The position numbers were made by a program, and so were the translations under genes. DNA of 64,000 nucleotides from Felis catus (Eukaryota): assembly GCF_018350175.1 (NCBI RefSeq), contig NC_058368.1, positions 177,818,001-177,882,000 on the forward strand, in the 5' to 3' direction. This document shows, piece after piece, positions 1 to 13,084 of the stretch (its first letter is position 1; every line of letters starts with the position of its first letter). Under the pieces are notes generated by a model that saw only the letters and a program-made list of their open reading frames with translations, had not been told where the DNA came from and ran no database searches.

Positions 1-299
1 CGACATTCCTTTACTTTAGGTCACTCAACCTACTCTGTCTTTCAAGGCCCCTGGACATAAATGGTTTGGGACAGAATTGAAGCTATGAAGAGTGGAAAGG
101 AATATAGTATTTCCGTTTCAGATTGAAAGAGATTAAACAATGCAGTGTTGATGAGGGGGCAGGAAAATAAGCAAGTTGTTGGGAACATAAATTAGTGTAA
201 TCATTCTAGAGGGCAATTTGGTCATATTTATTAAAAATATAAAAAATGTGTAAATCCACTTCTGGACACATATTCTAATTCTAAAAGTTCATTACAATA

Positions 300-1992
300 T
301 CTACCTATCTACCAGCATCTGCAGTTACACTGTCTCCTGTAAAAGCCAACCCTCCAATATGTTCAACACATGCCATCTCCTCTTATGTGCTTAAGGACAA
401 AGCACCAATAAATTTCTCCTTTTCCTCCTATGCAATCTTGTTTTCCTATTAGATCAACTCATTGAAATACAGGCTATGCTATTAGATCTTCCATTTTAAA
501 ACAAAAAACAAAAAACACCTTCTCTTGGCCCTACCTCTCTGCTAGATAGTACTCCCCTTTGTAATAAAACTCTTCCAAAAAACTGTTTTCATTGTCTTCG
601 TCTCCTTTCATTCTTTCTCTTTTTTAAAAAAATATTTATTTTGAGAGAGAGAAAGGGAGAGAGCGAGAGTGAGTGGGTGAGAAGCAGAGAGAGGGAGACA
701 GAGAATCCCAAGAAGGCTCTGTGTGAGTCCAATGTGGGGCTTGAATCCACGAACCATGAGATCATGATCTGAACCGAAATCAAGAGTAGGACACGTAACT
801 GACTGAGCCATGCAGGCACTCCTCCTCTCATTCTCTTTTATGCCCACTCCACTGAGAACGCTCTTTTCAAGGTTCCCAATGACCACCTTGTTGCTAAATG
901 TAATGGTTAACTCTTAGTCCTTATCTTACTTGATTCACTGCCAGCTTTTGACACAGTTAACTACCTCTTCTTCCTTGTCTTCCAAGGCACATACCCCAAT
1001 CTTCTCTTCAGTTCTTGCTCCTTCTCACTCTCTTTTGCTGGTTGCTCCTCTTCTCCTTTACCCCTGACACTGAAGTGCCCCAGGACTCAAACCTAAGTCT
1101 TCTAGATGCATATTCACCCATCACCTAGGGGATCTTACCTTGGTTTTACAGCTTTAAATACCATCTAAGAGTCAATGACTTCCACATTTTTTCTCTAGAT
1201 CAGACCTAACTTCCAAACCTCAGACTCAGATAGCCAAGTCTATATTCAATATTGCTACTGGGATATCTAATTAACATCTCAAACTGAACAGGACCAAAAT
1301 GGAACTTTTGATCCCTTTCACATGCATCTCAGTTAATGGTGACTTCATCCTTCCAGTTGTTCATGCCAAAATTCCTTGACTACATTATTTCTCTCATGCC
1401 ATATTTCCAATCCATCAAGAAATCTGATTTGCTTTACCTTCAAAGTATATCCAGAATCGAACTATTTCTCACCACTCCCACTATCACCTTGGTCAAAGCC
1501 AGTAGCAAATGTTATTCATCTGCTCAAAACGTTCTAAAGTCCCTCTATTTCACTTGAGCTAAAGTCCTGATTACTGTCTACAAGAATGACACTACATGAC
1601 ATTGCTCTTGTTATAACTTTCCCTTTTGTTTACTTTGCTCCAGCTACTAATCTCTTTGCTGCTCTGCAGACATGCCAGATACACTGGTGCCTCAGGACCC
1701 TAAAACTTGGTATTCTCTCAGCCTGGAATACTCTGCCCAGAGATATTCACATGACTAACTCCCTCATTTACTGCAAGTCTTTGCTCAAATGTCACCTTTA
1801 CTTAAGTTACTACAACACCTTTCCCAATCCCTAGTACTTCTATTGTTCCTTCTCCTGAATTTCTCTTTCTTTTTTTAAAATTCCAGTTATTAACATGCTA
1901 AATAATGCCTTTTTCAGTTTTGCTCACTGATGTATCCAAAGAGTCAATAACAGTGCCTGCTGTTCCCAGGGTACATTTGTTGAACAAATGAA
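300..1992 (+). mobile_element. LINE-2 (L2) 3' fossil interrupted by a SINE
   Basis: L2-typical segments (ccactccactgagaacgctcttttcaaggttcccaatgacc; ggatatctaattaacatctcaaactgaaca; acagtgcctg...tgttgaacaaatgaa terminus). Boundaries approximate. Confidence 0.7.
620..820 (-). mobile_element. CanSINE (SINEC, felid-type), inserted in an L2 fossil
   Basis: Reverse-complement tRNA-Lys-derived head (GGCTCAGTCAGTTA, TCAGATCATGATCTCATGGTTCGTG), (CT)n region and A-rich tail. Confidence 0.88.
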
Positions 1993-2157
1993 GCTCATGA
2001 AACTGCATGTCAAAGTTGCTTACTGAAACAAAGTATGTAACGGTGAAAAATTATATGTGTATAAAAAAATTACATTTATCAAAAGGTGAATGATTAAATA
2101 AATTATAATATGACCACAAAATGTAATACTTTGCAGCTATTTAAAAAGATATGGTAA

Positions 2158-2265
2158 GGGCACCTGGCTGGCTCATTCGAGAGAGCATACGACTCTTGAT
2201 CTTGAGGTTTTGAGTTCAAGCCTTACGTTGGGTGTAGAGATTACTTAAATAAATAAACTTAAAAA
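2158..2265 (+). mobile_element. Short older carnivore SINE (SINEC_c-like)
   Basis: GGGCACCTGGCTGGCTCA...GACTCTTGATCT..GAGTTCAAGCC..GTTGGGTGTAGAGATTACTTAAATAAA. Confidence 0.82.
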
Positions 2266-2491
2266 TCACTTAAAGCACACACTAAACTGATAATGACGGT
2301 TATCTTTGAATGATGAGATAATCAGGATTTTCACTTTCTATTCTCTATAGCAATTCTGAAATTCTGCAGTTTGCTAACAGACCATGCTACTTTTTATATT
2401 TATATAATTTTGTAAAAGCAGCTACTGTCTGCTTGAAATGCCCTCTTCAAACTTCTGGGCCCTATTCTATTCCTTTAAAAAATTGTCCCTT

Positions 2492-2649
2492 GGGATGCCT
2501 GGGTGGCTCAGTTGGTAAAGCAATTGACTCTTGGTTTCGGCTCAGGTCATGATCTCGTGGTTGGTGAGTTTGAGCTCTGTATCAGGCTCCATGCTGACAG
2601 TGAGGAGCCTGCATTGGATTCACTCTCTTTCTCTGCCCCTCCCCTGCCC

Positions 2650-2699
<50 letters not shown>

Positions 2700-2718
2700 T
2701 AAATAAACTTAAAAAAAA
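2492..2718 (+). mobile_element. CanSINE (SINEC_Fc-like)
   Basis: GGGATGCCTGGGTGGCTCAG head, long (CT)n, AATAAA and A tail. Confidence 0.92.
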
Positions 2719-5700
2719 GTTCTTCCTTGTTTGACTCCTCAGTTTGAGTTAGAAACTTCTGGGCTACCATAGCACTCTGTATGCTTCTCAAGTATAAAAG
2801 TGAGCGCAGTGCATCATAAGTCTTCATTTACTTGACTGAATCCCCTGAAGAACTCAAGTTCCTCAAGAGAAGAATCAGTAAGATTCTTTTTTGTGCGTCT
2901 TATTTCTTATCCTATCCATTGTAACTCTCACAATAACAGACACATAGTAAATGCTCAGTAACTGTTAGCTGCATGGATGAAAGAATCCACTGAACCCTAA
3001 GCGACTGGTTGGACATCACTCTTCCTTATTTAATAGCTTATGTAGTATTATTTGCTTGTTTGCAAAAGGGGGTCTGGTATGTGTGGATCTACTGTGGAAC
3101 ACGTTCCTCAAGGTCTTGCTTTTGTAAGCCACCTGATCCTGGTGCTGGTATCCTCAAGGTGTCGGTCATTCTATCATGAGCTTTACTTTAATACTACTTT
3201 GACACTCTATGTCCCCATCCAAGTTTCCAGTAAGATCTAAGGCCACGTACATGGTTCCTGGATAGTTTGTTTTCCAGAACTGTTATTTCCTGGAGACATT
3301 TATTAAGACTTTAGTTATCTCAGGACCAATGCGTTCTTCAGCTTTTCTTTGGTAATCAAACATAAATATATAATCATAATCCTTCGTTCTCACAATGCTT
3401 CTAATAGCACATGCCAGTAATTTTCAAGCTCTTTTACAAAAAACCCCACAAGTGGTCAAAAAAGTGATTCGCTTTTACAAACAAATCTGGTGCAACTATA
3501 CAGCAGGGTGGTTCTGGTCAAAGTGGCAGTAGGGTGTCCTCCTCCCTGCTATCTGGAGGCCCACTATGGTCCTTTTCAGATCTCCAGGGCTCTGCAAAAG
3601 CCAGTTAGAAAACCATGGTCTGTTTTCTAGGTCACGATAAATAACAGTGGCTTGTACATTGCTTTACCAATCCAATTTAAGCATGTGATTAAGTCATACC
3701 TTAAATGCACCTGGAGCACATACTGCTTTAAAGAGCCCTGATGTAAATTCTTACATATAGTGAATACTCATGGCTGTTCCATCCATTTTTAAAGTTTAGA
3801 TTTTCACCCACTGAACTTTCTTAAATCAGGTATCCAAAGAGGGAATAAAAGCAGTTCTGTTTTGCCTAGTCTTATGAAAATTATCACGATATCTCCCTTC
3901 TGTGCACTCTTCAACCAATAGATGTCACTAAAGATACCAGGACCCAGGGGCTAAAGGAAGAAAAGATTAGACAAATGGAAATTGAGCATAAAAAACATCC
4001 AGTTCTTAAAACTGAGAAGTAGGTTTCCAAAGTAATAACATTTATTACACTGCATGCAACATTTTAACCAAAAATTCAAGAAAAAAATTTCCTTTATTAA
4101 GTTGCTCAGGCTGAATGGATCACAGCACTAAGTTTTGAAATACACGTTCTTGAAGCAATTTAAAACTCATTAGAAATAATAGGCTTGGGCTAGTAGAAAA
4201 TGTGGTAAAATTTAATCCTCATCCAAATGTTACCTGGGCTGTACAAACAGGAAATTGTTTTGTGCTACTGTGGCTAACCTCATTGCTGACCCTGAGCTGT
4301 AACGGCGAGAGCAGCTGAGAGCTGAAGCAAAATTAAAAACTTACATCAAAGTATATCATGACAGAATGTAGATAAATAAAACAGCATATCAAAAGTATTA
4401 TTTTTCTGCCAGTCTCACTGAGCAGCGAGGTAGAGGTGTTCCACAAAATATGCAACAAATCAGTGCATGTGGGAAAGAGTCCTCCCCACTCTACATGGCC
4501 CTGACCACTGACTACCCAAATACTGCCCATGAGAGGTGAGCAGAGAAGAAACCCAGCGAGGGATGGGAACAGAAGGGATCGCAGAATGTTCTGGCCTCTT
4601 TCTTCCAAGGGCTTCCCTTCCCTTCTGCTTGGCTTACCAAAAAAATAAACACTGCTGCTCTTCTGTGCCCTCCCACTCTTTCCCTCACCTTCCAACCTCC
4701 TGGATGGCAGACCACATGATCACCCTCCATGAGCATATTAAAGACTCCAGAGGTAAAAGAAGGGGCAACAAGGCATTACAGAGGGTGAAGACAGATCAAA
4801 TCAGTTTGGCTGATGGGGGGGGGGGGACAGCACGGGAATCAGGGAAGGGTGATAAACATGTTTCTATTATTCTATGCAAAGTGCACGTGTCCAAGTCACT
4901 GCTGACAAAGTTGAAGGACATTTTGCCACTGAGCCTTTGATTTCCCTTAAGTTTTAGGACAGAAATCACCATACGTTAAAGAACAGTGCTTCATCATAAA
5001 TATTCAAGGACAATCTTCCTGTGGCAGCTCCCAAGTGGCAATAAGGAATATGGAGAGACTATCGTTTGAAGTTATATAGACTTTGAATGAAATTCCAATT
5101 CAGCGACTTACTAGCTATGCAATATTTGGCAAGTTTCTTAATCTCTATGAGCTTCAATTTCTTCATAATAGTGATCACAGAAGCTAACTGGTCTAAGAGC
5201 TTTCTATGAACAACTGAACTGAATCCTCATAACCACCTTATGAAGTAGGTGTTCTTTTCTCTGTTTAACAAGAAACTGAAGCAAGAAAGGCTAAGCAACT
5301 TAGCCAAGGCCAAATGAGTAGTGAGTGGCCGATAACACTGCTACCTCGAGGATCTGATAGGCTAATGTATGATAAATGGTCTAGTATAGGAATAGCCACA
5401 TAATAGCTGATTAAAAAATAAAAGCTACCTTATTATTATTTCGAGCCAAGGTGCAATACCTTACTTTAATCCCTTAGTTTCTCTTTAGAGTAAGAAAGCT
5501 TACTAGCTTTCCTTCTCAAGAATGCTTTGAAGGTTTTTCTTTTTCCCTCTTTACTCCTTTTCTTCTTTTCTCTTTTCTTCATCTTGTTTCTTGTCTTCCT
5601 TCCCTTCCTCTACCTCTGTCTCCTCCTCTTCTTCTTCCTCCAATGTGATCCTCACTTAGTTAACTTCCTCAGCTTTTGTTACAATGCCTTTCTTTGCTTA

Positions 5701-6061
5701 TGTCAAACAACTGGACAGAGGACTAGGTAGCTTTTGAAGCCTACAGATTTGGCATTGTTCTGAGATTCTTTTTGGTGTCACTTGGCTGGACATACATTCT
5801 GCTCTAGGGGTCCAGTAACACTGGCAGAGAAATCACTGCTCTGATCGGTCCTACTGCAATAGTGAGTAAGTCCCAAAGGAAAAATTACACACAGTGAAAG
5901 AAACTGGAGTGAGAAAAAGCAGAAGGAAAATACAACTGTGATTGGTAACAGAAATCTAACATGTGTAGAGTTAAAGCTCTATCGACTACTAAGAAATTCT
6001 TATATGTACATACATTGTTTCATAGGAGAAATATTATTTTCTTTTAAAAAGTGAGGAAATA

Positions 6062-6271
6062 GGGGGCGCCTGGGTAGCTCAGTCAGTTGAGTGTCCGACT
6101 TTGGCTCAGGTCACGATCTTGTGGTTTGTGAGTTCGAGCCCTACGTTGGGCTCTGTGCTGACAGCTCGGAGCCTGCAATCCGCTTTGGATTCTCTGTATC
6201 CTTCTCTCTCTCTGCCCCTCCCCTGCTCATGCTCTGGCTCCCTCTCAAAAATAAGTAAACATTAAAAAAAT
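6062..6271 (+). mobile_element. CanSINE (SINEC_Fc-like) with TSD
   Basis: GGGGCGCCTGGGTAGCTCAG head. Flanked by AAAGTGAGGAAAT / AAAGTGAGTAAAT. Confidence 0.93.
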
Positions 6272-7096
6272 AAAGTGAGTAAATGGAAGCTAAGCACTTA
6301 TTACAGGCAGAAGGAAGCAGGACAGCGTGGTCCAAGCAGGAGCTGAACAAAAAAGTGATGTGGTCAGTGAACCCCTGTCCAAAGAAGGCTGGTTCTATGA
6401 GTGTAAGAGAATGGCTCTGGATTAAGGAGACACGTGTTGGTTAAATGTCTATTCCATGTCATACCCTGTGCCAAGCCCTTTACCTGGAGTAGCTCACCTA
6501 ACCATCTCGAATTCTAAGTAGGTCAGTAGGGAGTCAATATTCCTAATTTTGTGTGTGAGAAAACTAGGCACAAAGAAACACAGTGTCTTGGCTGAGGGTC
6601 ATGGAGTTGATAAGGGCTGGTACTACGATTGGTACTCAGATCTTTTAATCTCCAAAAACTATGCTTTCTCTAAGATACCATTTTAGAAAATGGTCTAGAC
6701 ATGTTATTTTTGTATGCTAAGACAATGGAAGGAACTAGATATACACTGGAAGTAAAGCAAACTGCATTGAGAATATTTGAAAAGGGGTTCATTTTTACCA
6801 TTAAGAGGCAAAACATTTCTACTTTGTATGATTCTAATGTGTCTACTTTCAACAGATCAAAAATGGTGACAATGTAGTTGTTGCTACAGATGAACATAGG
6901 AGAGTGCAAGTTTACGGACTCAAATAGGTGCTTCCTGTAGTTTTCACACACTTAGAATCTGAAACTCTAAAAATCAAACGCACAATTAAAACTATGCATT
7001 TTTAACAGAGGCCTACAAGGCACACAGCTTCCTGTCCCAGAATGGGTTTTGAAAGTGAAAACAATTTAAAACAATTGTTTTTCTTTTTTTTTTGTT

Positions 7097-7317
7097 TAAA
7101 AAAAATTTTTTTTTCAACGTTTATTTATTTTTGGGACAGAGAGAGACAGAGCACGAACGGGGGAGGGGCAGAGAGAGAGGGAGACACAGAATCGGAAACA
7201 GGCTTCAGGCTCTGAGCCATCAGCCCAGAGCCCGACGCGGGGCTCGAACTCACGGACCGCGAGATCGTGACCTGGTTGAAGTCGGACGCTTAACCGACTG
7301 CACCACCCAGGCGCCCC
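7097..7317 (-). mobile_element. Young feline CanSINE (SINEC_Fc-like)
   Basis: CpG-rich copy nearly identical to those at ~10750 and ~35400; the same spurious ORF translation recurs at all three. Confidence 0.95.
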
Positions 7318-7689
7318 CCCTTTTTTTTGTTTTTAAATAGGCTTTTACTTTTAAAGAAGTAATACATTTCTAGTGGTTGTTCCTACAGATATGCACAAAT
7401 ACACACGGTCTTAAAGAGGCTTTGCAAAATTTTGTAAAATCTGTTGGAAGGCTCTCAAAAAGAAATACGATAATCATGGGCAATTTTTGAGACTGAATGT
7501 ACTCAGAGTTGGCTACTGATTTGGAAAAGCAAGAACCGACAGGCAAAAAAGAAAACAGAGAATAAGAGGACACAGGAAACCATCTCTCAAGAAGAGTACT
7601 GTGCAGAGGCCAGCCAGTGCACGGCAAACTGGAACAGGATTCTTACCCATCCTACCCCCATCCCCAGGATACATAAAGGTCTCAGTGAG

Positions 7690-8090
7690 TTGAGAATTTC
7701 ATTGATGAAGCTGTCAGAATTGGCAAGTATTACGGTTTATGGTAGTTCTAAGGCTCGATTCTAACTGCGAAACAAATTTTGTGACAATAATTGAATAGGG
7801 CTATCTTTACCATAGAACTCTGATTCTAAGAGTGCAATGCCCAAAAGTTCCCTGTAATAAAATGTTTACTGCCCTTTAGCAGGATATTTTTCCAAAATTC
7901 AGTGCTGGTGACATATTGGTCTAAGCATTCCTTGATCCATGATAGCAAATTCCCTGATGTAACTTTTCGCAATTTTGAATACGCTACAACTTTTCAATAT
8001 TCTATCTAGTTGTATTCCCTTTGCCTACTGACACTGCAATTTTATCCAAAAGAAATTCATCAAGTTGGTCAGGCATGATTTGTAGTCAAA
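7690..8090 (-). mobile_element. Ancient CR1/L3-like reverse-transcriptase fossil
   Basis: Minus strand from ~8081 reads KSCLTNLMNFF, then after a frameshift DKIAVSVGKG. This resembles the CR1 RT segment KSCLTNLISFYDKVT..VDEG. Extent approximate. Confidence 0.6.
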
Positions 8091-8272
8091 GGCACGCTGC
8101 TTACTTACTTCTCCCGATGCCAATATGATAGCTACCTGGCTTTCTGCACTATTACCTACTTCACAAATTCATACAGATAGGAAGGTTCAAAAGAACAAAA
8201 TAACTAACATCTTTCTTTCCCCCAAAGAGATAAAGTTATATTGCAGAGACAAATATGGAAAAAGATACTCAC

Positions 8273-8355
8273 CATAAGTGCAAATCATTTTACTAGCTTC
8301 TCTGAAGAGAAGAATTCCATTAGGAGATGATACGTCAAAATTCAAACGCTGGGAT
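8273..8355 (-). CDS. RANBP17: RANBP17 coding exon (~exon 22), 83 nt, (R)[27 protein letters not shown](G)
   Basis: Acceptor gctgtatttcttAG|A and donor TATG|GTGAGT. The peptide lies in ORF 8187..8435. The next exon was not found in 1-8272, so the gene continues past the left edge. Confidence 0.96.
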
Positions 8356-10029
8356 CTAAGAAATACAGCAAAAAACCAGACTATACGTGTAGATAAAGAA
8401 ACCAAATGTAGATTTAAAGTGCCTAGCATTTTCATTTATTAGAAGTAGCAGCAGTATAATGATCCCTTTTAAAAAATGCCACTCCATTAAACAAGTGTCG
8501 ATAAAATATGTAAAAGATACTAGGACAGTTAGGAAGAGTTAATTTCATTCACTGACTGATTCAAAGATTTCAGTTGTATCTGTCAAAAAAATATCCTGAC
8601 ATCCCAAATCGTAGACTTCTTACTCTCTTCTCTTTTCATGCAAAGTGGCTGATAGATACTAATAAAATACCCCAGGGTGTGTATCTGTAAGTTTATATAA
8701 ATACCTGTATAGAGGTTTACGTTTGTGATCTCCTGTCGTGCCCGATAAACATTTTTAAAACAAATTCTAAAGTGACAGATAGGAGATCTAGGTATTTTTT
8801 AATACTGCTCATATGTATAATTAATCATCTGATACTTCAAGCATATTTCAAATACAGGAAATTACATTCAGACTAGAGTTTCCATTGCACATGGCTCAAA
8901 TAAAGAGAAACAAATCCTAGGAGTTCTAAATAAGAATGATTCTGCTTCCCTGGTTTCTGACAGGTAGGGGAACAGTAGGAACAGGATAAAGGATTGACAT
9001 ATGCCATCCTGACATAATACTTGCTTTTTAACATCAGTTTGGTTTCAGTTGGCTCTGATATGCCTGGTCTCTGTGCTTTCAAGAAATAATGGCGTGCTTT
9101 TTAAAGGACTAGCTAAAAATATGCAGATAGGTCATAGCAAAGCAATACCAAAAAAGCAAAGACACTTGCTAAAGTCCTTTTGCCAGGAATGATGAATTGT
9201 TGCGTCTTCATGCTTTCTCAGAATGCTTCAGAATAAGGTGCAGTTCTAACTTACTAGAAAGATTGTGAACTTTTGATTGCTGGCATACAATTATTGACTA
9301 AAGAGAAACGCACATACATACTTCACATTAGATTCTAGAGAAATACACACAAGATAACATATTTTCTGAGATTACAGATTTTCACTAGGTACTCCTAAGG
9401 ACAATTGTGTTAGATAGATACGAATCATTTGCTTATGGCAGGTGTAAAATACTCTACAATATACAATGCAGTAACTTTCCCCCTTAGTATTAAATGCTAT
9501 ATCAGTAATATATAATATCAATTATCTGGTTGAAAAACCATAATTTAATCAAACACAAACATAGCCACCCTTCCTACAGTATCTAAGGTACATAGGAGAA
9601 TGGTTTTAAAAAACGGCTTTTAAAAGAATAATACATTTCTTCATTTGCCAGGTCTTTTTCCACCTCTTATTTAATAAATTTTAAATTATTACTGTGAAAA
9701 ACCTAGCGCCAGAGATAAAGTTACAGCTACAGTCCATCCTCCTTCCCTGTGTGGATATCTCCCTTCCAACACATAGTTTACAAGAGGAACTGAGGAAACA
9801 CGATGGCTAAGTGACAGGTAATTTGGTGCTAAGCCATGTTCACAATGACATATTTTAAAGAGGTAAAACCAATGACCTTCTTGCAGCTTTTGTCCGCTAG
9901 CTACATCTTTGTTGATATTTACACGCAGAGTATTTCAATCTCTGCTGGTCTGTGCAAATTATAAGGTCAACTGGGCAATCTTTAAGAAGTTGTAGTTGCT
10001 GTTTATTTTTCACTCTTAAAATTTTTTTA

Positions 10030-10235
10030 ATGAATGTGGAGAAAAAGGAGCCCCAACACACTGTTGGTGGGAATGCAAATCGGTGCAGCCACTGCAGAAA
10101 GCAGCATGGAGGGTCCTTAAAAACTTAAAAATGGAACTACCATATGACCCAGTAGTTCCACTACTGGGTACTTCCCCTCCACCCCCAAATGAAAACACTA
10201 ATTTGAAAAGATCTATACACCCCTGTTTACTGTAG
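10030..10235 (+). mobile_element. L1 ORF2 3'-end fragment
   Basis: atgtggagaaaaaggagccc..cactgttggtgggaatgcaaatcggtgcagccactg..gaactaccatatgacccag is a typical L1 3' region. Confidence 0.85.
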
Positions 10236-10746
10236 TTGCTATTTAAACGAAAATTTTGAATGCATAAATCATCCACATACATGCATCTTGGCAAAGAGGA
10301 AAAAGATAACTTAGTTGTCAAAGCAGGGACAATCCCTGGGGCTCCTGAGACAAACTATGTGTCCATGAACTGCTCTGGGACTCAGTTCCCTTCTTGAAGA
10401 AGGAACCATCTCAACTCAGAGACCTCTAAACTTCCCTGCTCTCAAATTACATGGAATTGCAGTTAAGCACTGAAACAGTTAAAACAGGAGCCCTTCCTCC
10501 ATTTGCCTTTGAATATTTTAAATAACGGTGGCGGTACCTTCCAATTTTTTTCCAGTTCCCTTAGTCCCCTTATACACCTAAATATACTATATTCTTTTTC
10601 CAAAAGGTCTCAACCTTATGTCTCTAATTCTACTGCTTTCACCAGTTATCTTAAAAATTCTGGGTCCTGAGTTCTTGCTAAGCCTTGACTATATACATAC
10701 CAAACAGGAAAATCTGACCTCTAGAGACTGCTGCCAGATAGCAGAT

Positions 10747-10958
10747 TTTTTTTTTCAACATTTATTTATTTTTGGGACAGAGAGAGACAGAGCATGAACG
10801 GGGGAGGGGCAGAGAGAGAGGGAGACACAGAATCGGAAACAGGCTCCAGGCTCTGAGCCATCAGCCCAGAGCCCGACGCGGGGCTCGAACTCACGGACCG
10901 CGAGATCGTGACCTGGCTGAAGTCGGACGCTTAACCGACTGCGCCACCCAGGCGCCCC
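10747..10958 (-). mobile_element. Young feline CanSINE with perfect TSD
   Basis: Near-consensus, CpG-intact copy. TSD AGATAGCAGATTTTTTT starts at 10736 and again at 10960. Confidence 0.96.
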
Positions 10959-10998
10959 TAGATAGCAGATTTTTTTTCTCCCCCATTGCACTTCTTAC

Positions 10999-11106
10999 CT
11001 GTTTTGCATCAGTTCTGCCATAAGTTTCAGAATGGGAGTTGTGCATGCTGGCTCTCCATACCACCGTTCGATAGTCCTCTGAAGAATGGGAAGATACGTT
11101 GGGTAC
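10999..11106 (-). CDS. RANBP17: RANBP17 coding exon (~exon 21), 108 nt, (M)[35 protein letters not shown](R)
   Basis: Manual translation of the minus strand. Donor CAG|GTAAGA. In frame with both neighbours. Absent from the ORF track. Confidence 0.95.
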
Positions 11107-11555
11107 CTTTTATAAAGCCTGTTAAAGAACTTAAGGGTCAAAAGAAATATTGTTCCTGAAAATTAGTGGCACCTCAAAAGCAAAAAGAGAATCCACATTT
11201 CTTCTATGTTTACTAAGCAATGGAAATTTTATAAATTGCTCCCTAACCTGCACAGCTGTATGTTTGCTGGGGATTGTAAAATGATGTGCTCTGATTTGTA
11301 ACATATCCCATACATTATATTCTTTTGTTCTTGGTATACTCTATAAACAAAAGACACTTTTAAAGTATCATATAAGTAACACATTTAAAGAAATGTGCTG
11401 CATACTGTAGGAAAGGAAATAAATTTAATGAGGATAAAAACATAGTTGAATTGTTAATATCAGTTTCTTGGGCATCAAACAACTTAAGAAAAAGTGTCAT
11501 TTCTTGTGAAAATTTAAAAATACATAGAAGGAGAGGGAAATAGTAATAATAATCC

Positions 11556-11556
<1 letters not shown>

Positions 11557-11612
<56 letters not shown>
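11557..11612. repeat. (TATC)14 microsatellite
   Basis: Perfect tetranucleotide run. Confidence 0.97.
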
Positions 11613-11614
<2 letters not shown>

Positions 11615-13026
11615 CCAGCTTAGAAATTATCTCTTTTCGTTTTTTTAAGTTGCTGATTTGCTCTGCTTGGTCCCACTGTAGCTCCAAGGAATACTGGAGA
11701 TGTTAGCTTGAAGAAAAGCTTTGCGTAACTTTTAATCTACTCAGGGTCAGCTAAAAGGTAGTCCTATGTATACCCAAGGAGAAATTCTCAAACATCTTCC
11801 TCAATAGTAAGAAGTGTATGCCTCTGATAAGTCAACGGCTGAGACCACCAGAACCTAGAAAACTCTGACTCACCTCCACTGGTCCTTTAACCCTTAACTG
11901 GGGCCTCCTCCTTGCTAAATGGACACATAAATATAAAATTAAAGCTTAAGCTGCAGCACACACACACACAAAACACCTTGCTATTCTACTCCTTCATTTC
12001 TTCTTTTCCTATTTTCTAAGTTTCTCTGTTTCTGATGTTTTCCAGTATACTTGTCTTTTTGTTTCAGATGAAAGTGCTGAAAGAACTGAATTACTTAGTG
12101 GTGTTCCTTTCCTGTGTGTATGGGTAGAGATCTCCATGGTGGAAAAGACCACAATTTTCTTCCTTGCTCTTTAGAATACATTTCAAATTCTTTAGGATGG
12201 CTTACAAGGCCCTTTAAGATATGGTCCTTGTGGACCTTCAGACTCCTCTTTCAGTATTCCTGCCCCATCCACGGTTCAGCCACTCTCAATTCCCTGCAAA
12301 TCCATGGTTGCCAACTCTCTTGTCTCCATTCCTCTACACGTGGCTTCTTCTGCCTAACTCATTCCTGTCTTTCAACACCTAGTTCAAGTTGCGCTTCCCC
12401 TGGGATGGTGAAACTTTGTTTTGTCAAAAGGAATCCATCTCTTCCTCATCTACGTTCAATGAGCACTCTGACCCCGTATCTCTTACAACAAACTTATATT
12501 AAGATTGATTGCTTTTGTTATCTGCCTGCCCAATTAGTGAGTTTCTAAAGGGCAAAGACTGTGCTTCCCTATCATGCCCCTGCTATTGCTATCTGTCCTT
12601 CAGATTTCAATATAGATGCCAACTAGTCCAAGAAGCCTCCCTGGCCTTCCCGTCCCCCAAGACTTGGTTAGGTGTGTTTCCTTTGTCTAGCTGTGGTACT
12701 GTGTGCCAGTGCCTTCTAACTACTCGATCTCTCCTATTAAATACTTTTTGAGGGCAGGACCTAGGCACTTGTATGCATGGACCTGGCACAAAGTAGATTT
12801 CGATAAATATTTGTTGCTGTCAACCTGTCAACCTAAAAATCAGGTAGAGCATATTTGATTAGAACTGCCTATTTCTTCCTTTTTAACTGTGCATTTCACT
12901 TTGAAGCTTCAGGAAATAATTCATGTAACTTTCAACGAAAATAAGCCTTCCAATTCTTTAAGAACCACAAGCTCCCAAAAGTTCACAAAGCAATACTTTT
13001 GTCTCCCTTTGTTAAGGCTTTGCATT

Positions 13027-13045
13027 TGTGTGTGTGTGTGTGTGT

Positions 13046-13082
<37 letters not shown>
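13027..13082. repeat. (TG)10-TA-(CA)17 compound microsatellite
   Basis: Read directly from the sequence. Confidence 0.95.

Positions 13083-13084
<2 letters not shown>

Noticed and set aside
4333..4940. Overlapping 120-134 aa ORFs on both strands
   Set aside because: No recognisable homology. They are not the expected next RANBP17 exon (GNQILSLG..), and the lengths are compatible with chance.
6062..6140. tRNA-like A/B boxes in SINE heads
   Set aside because: They are the tRNA-derived part of CanSINEs, not tRNA genes.
12114..12789. 144-aa ORF and neighbouring ORFs
   Set aside because: They lie in degenerate L2-like sequence with no protein motif.
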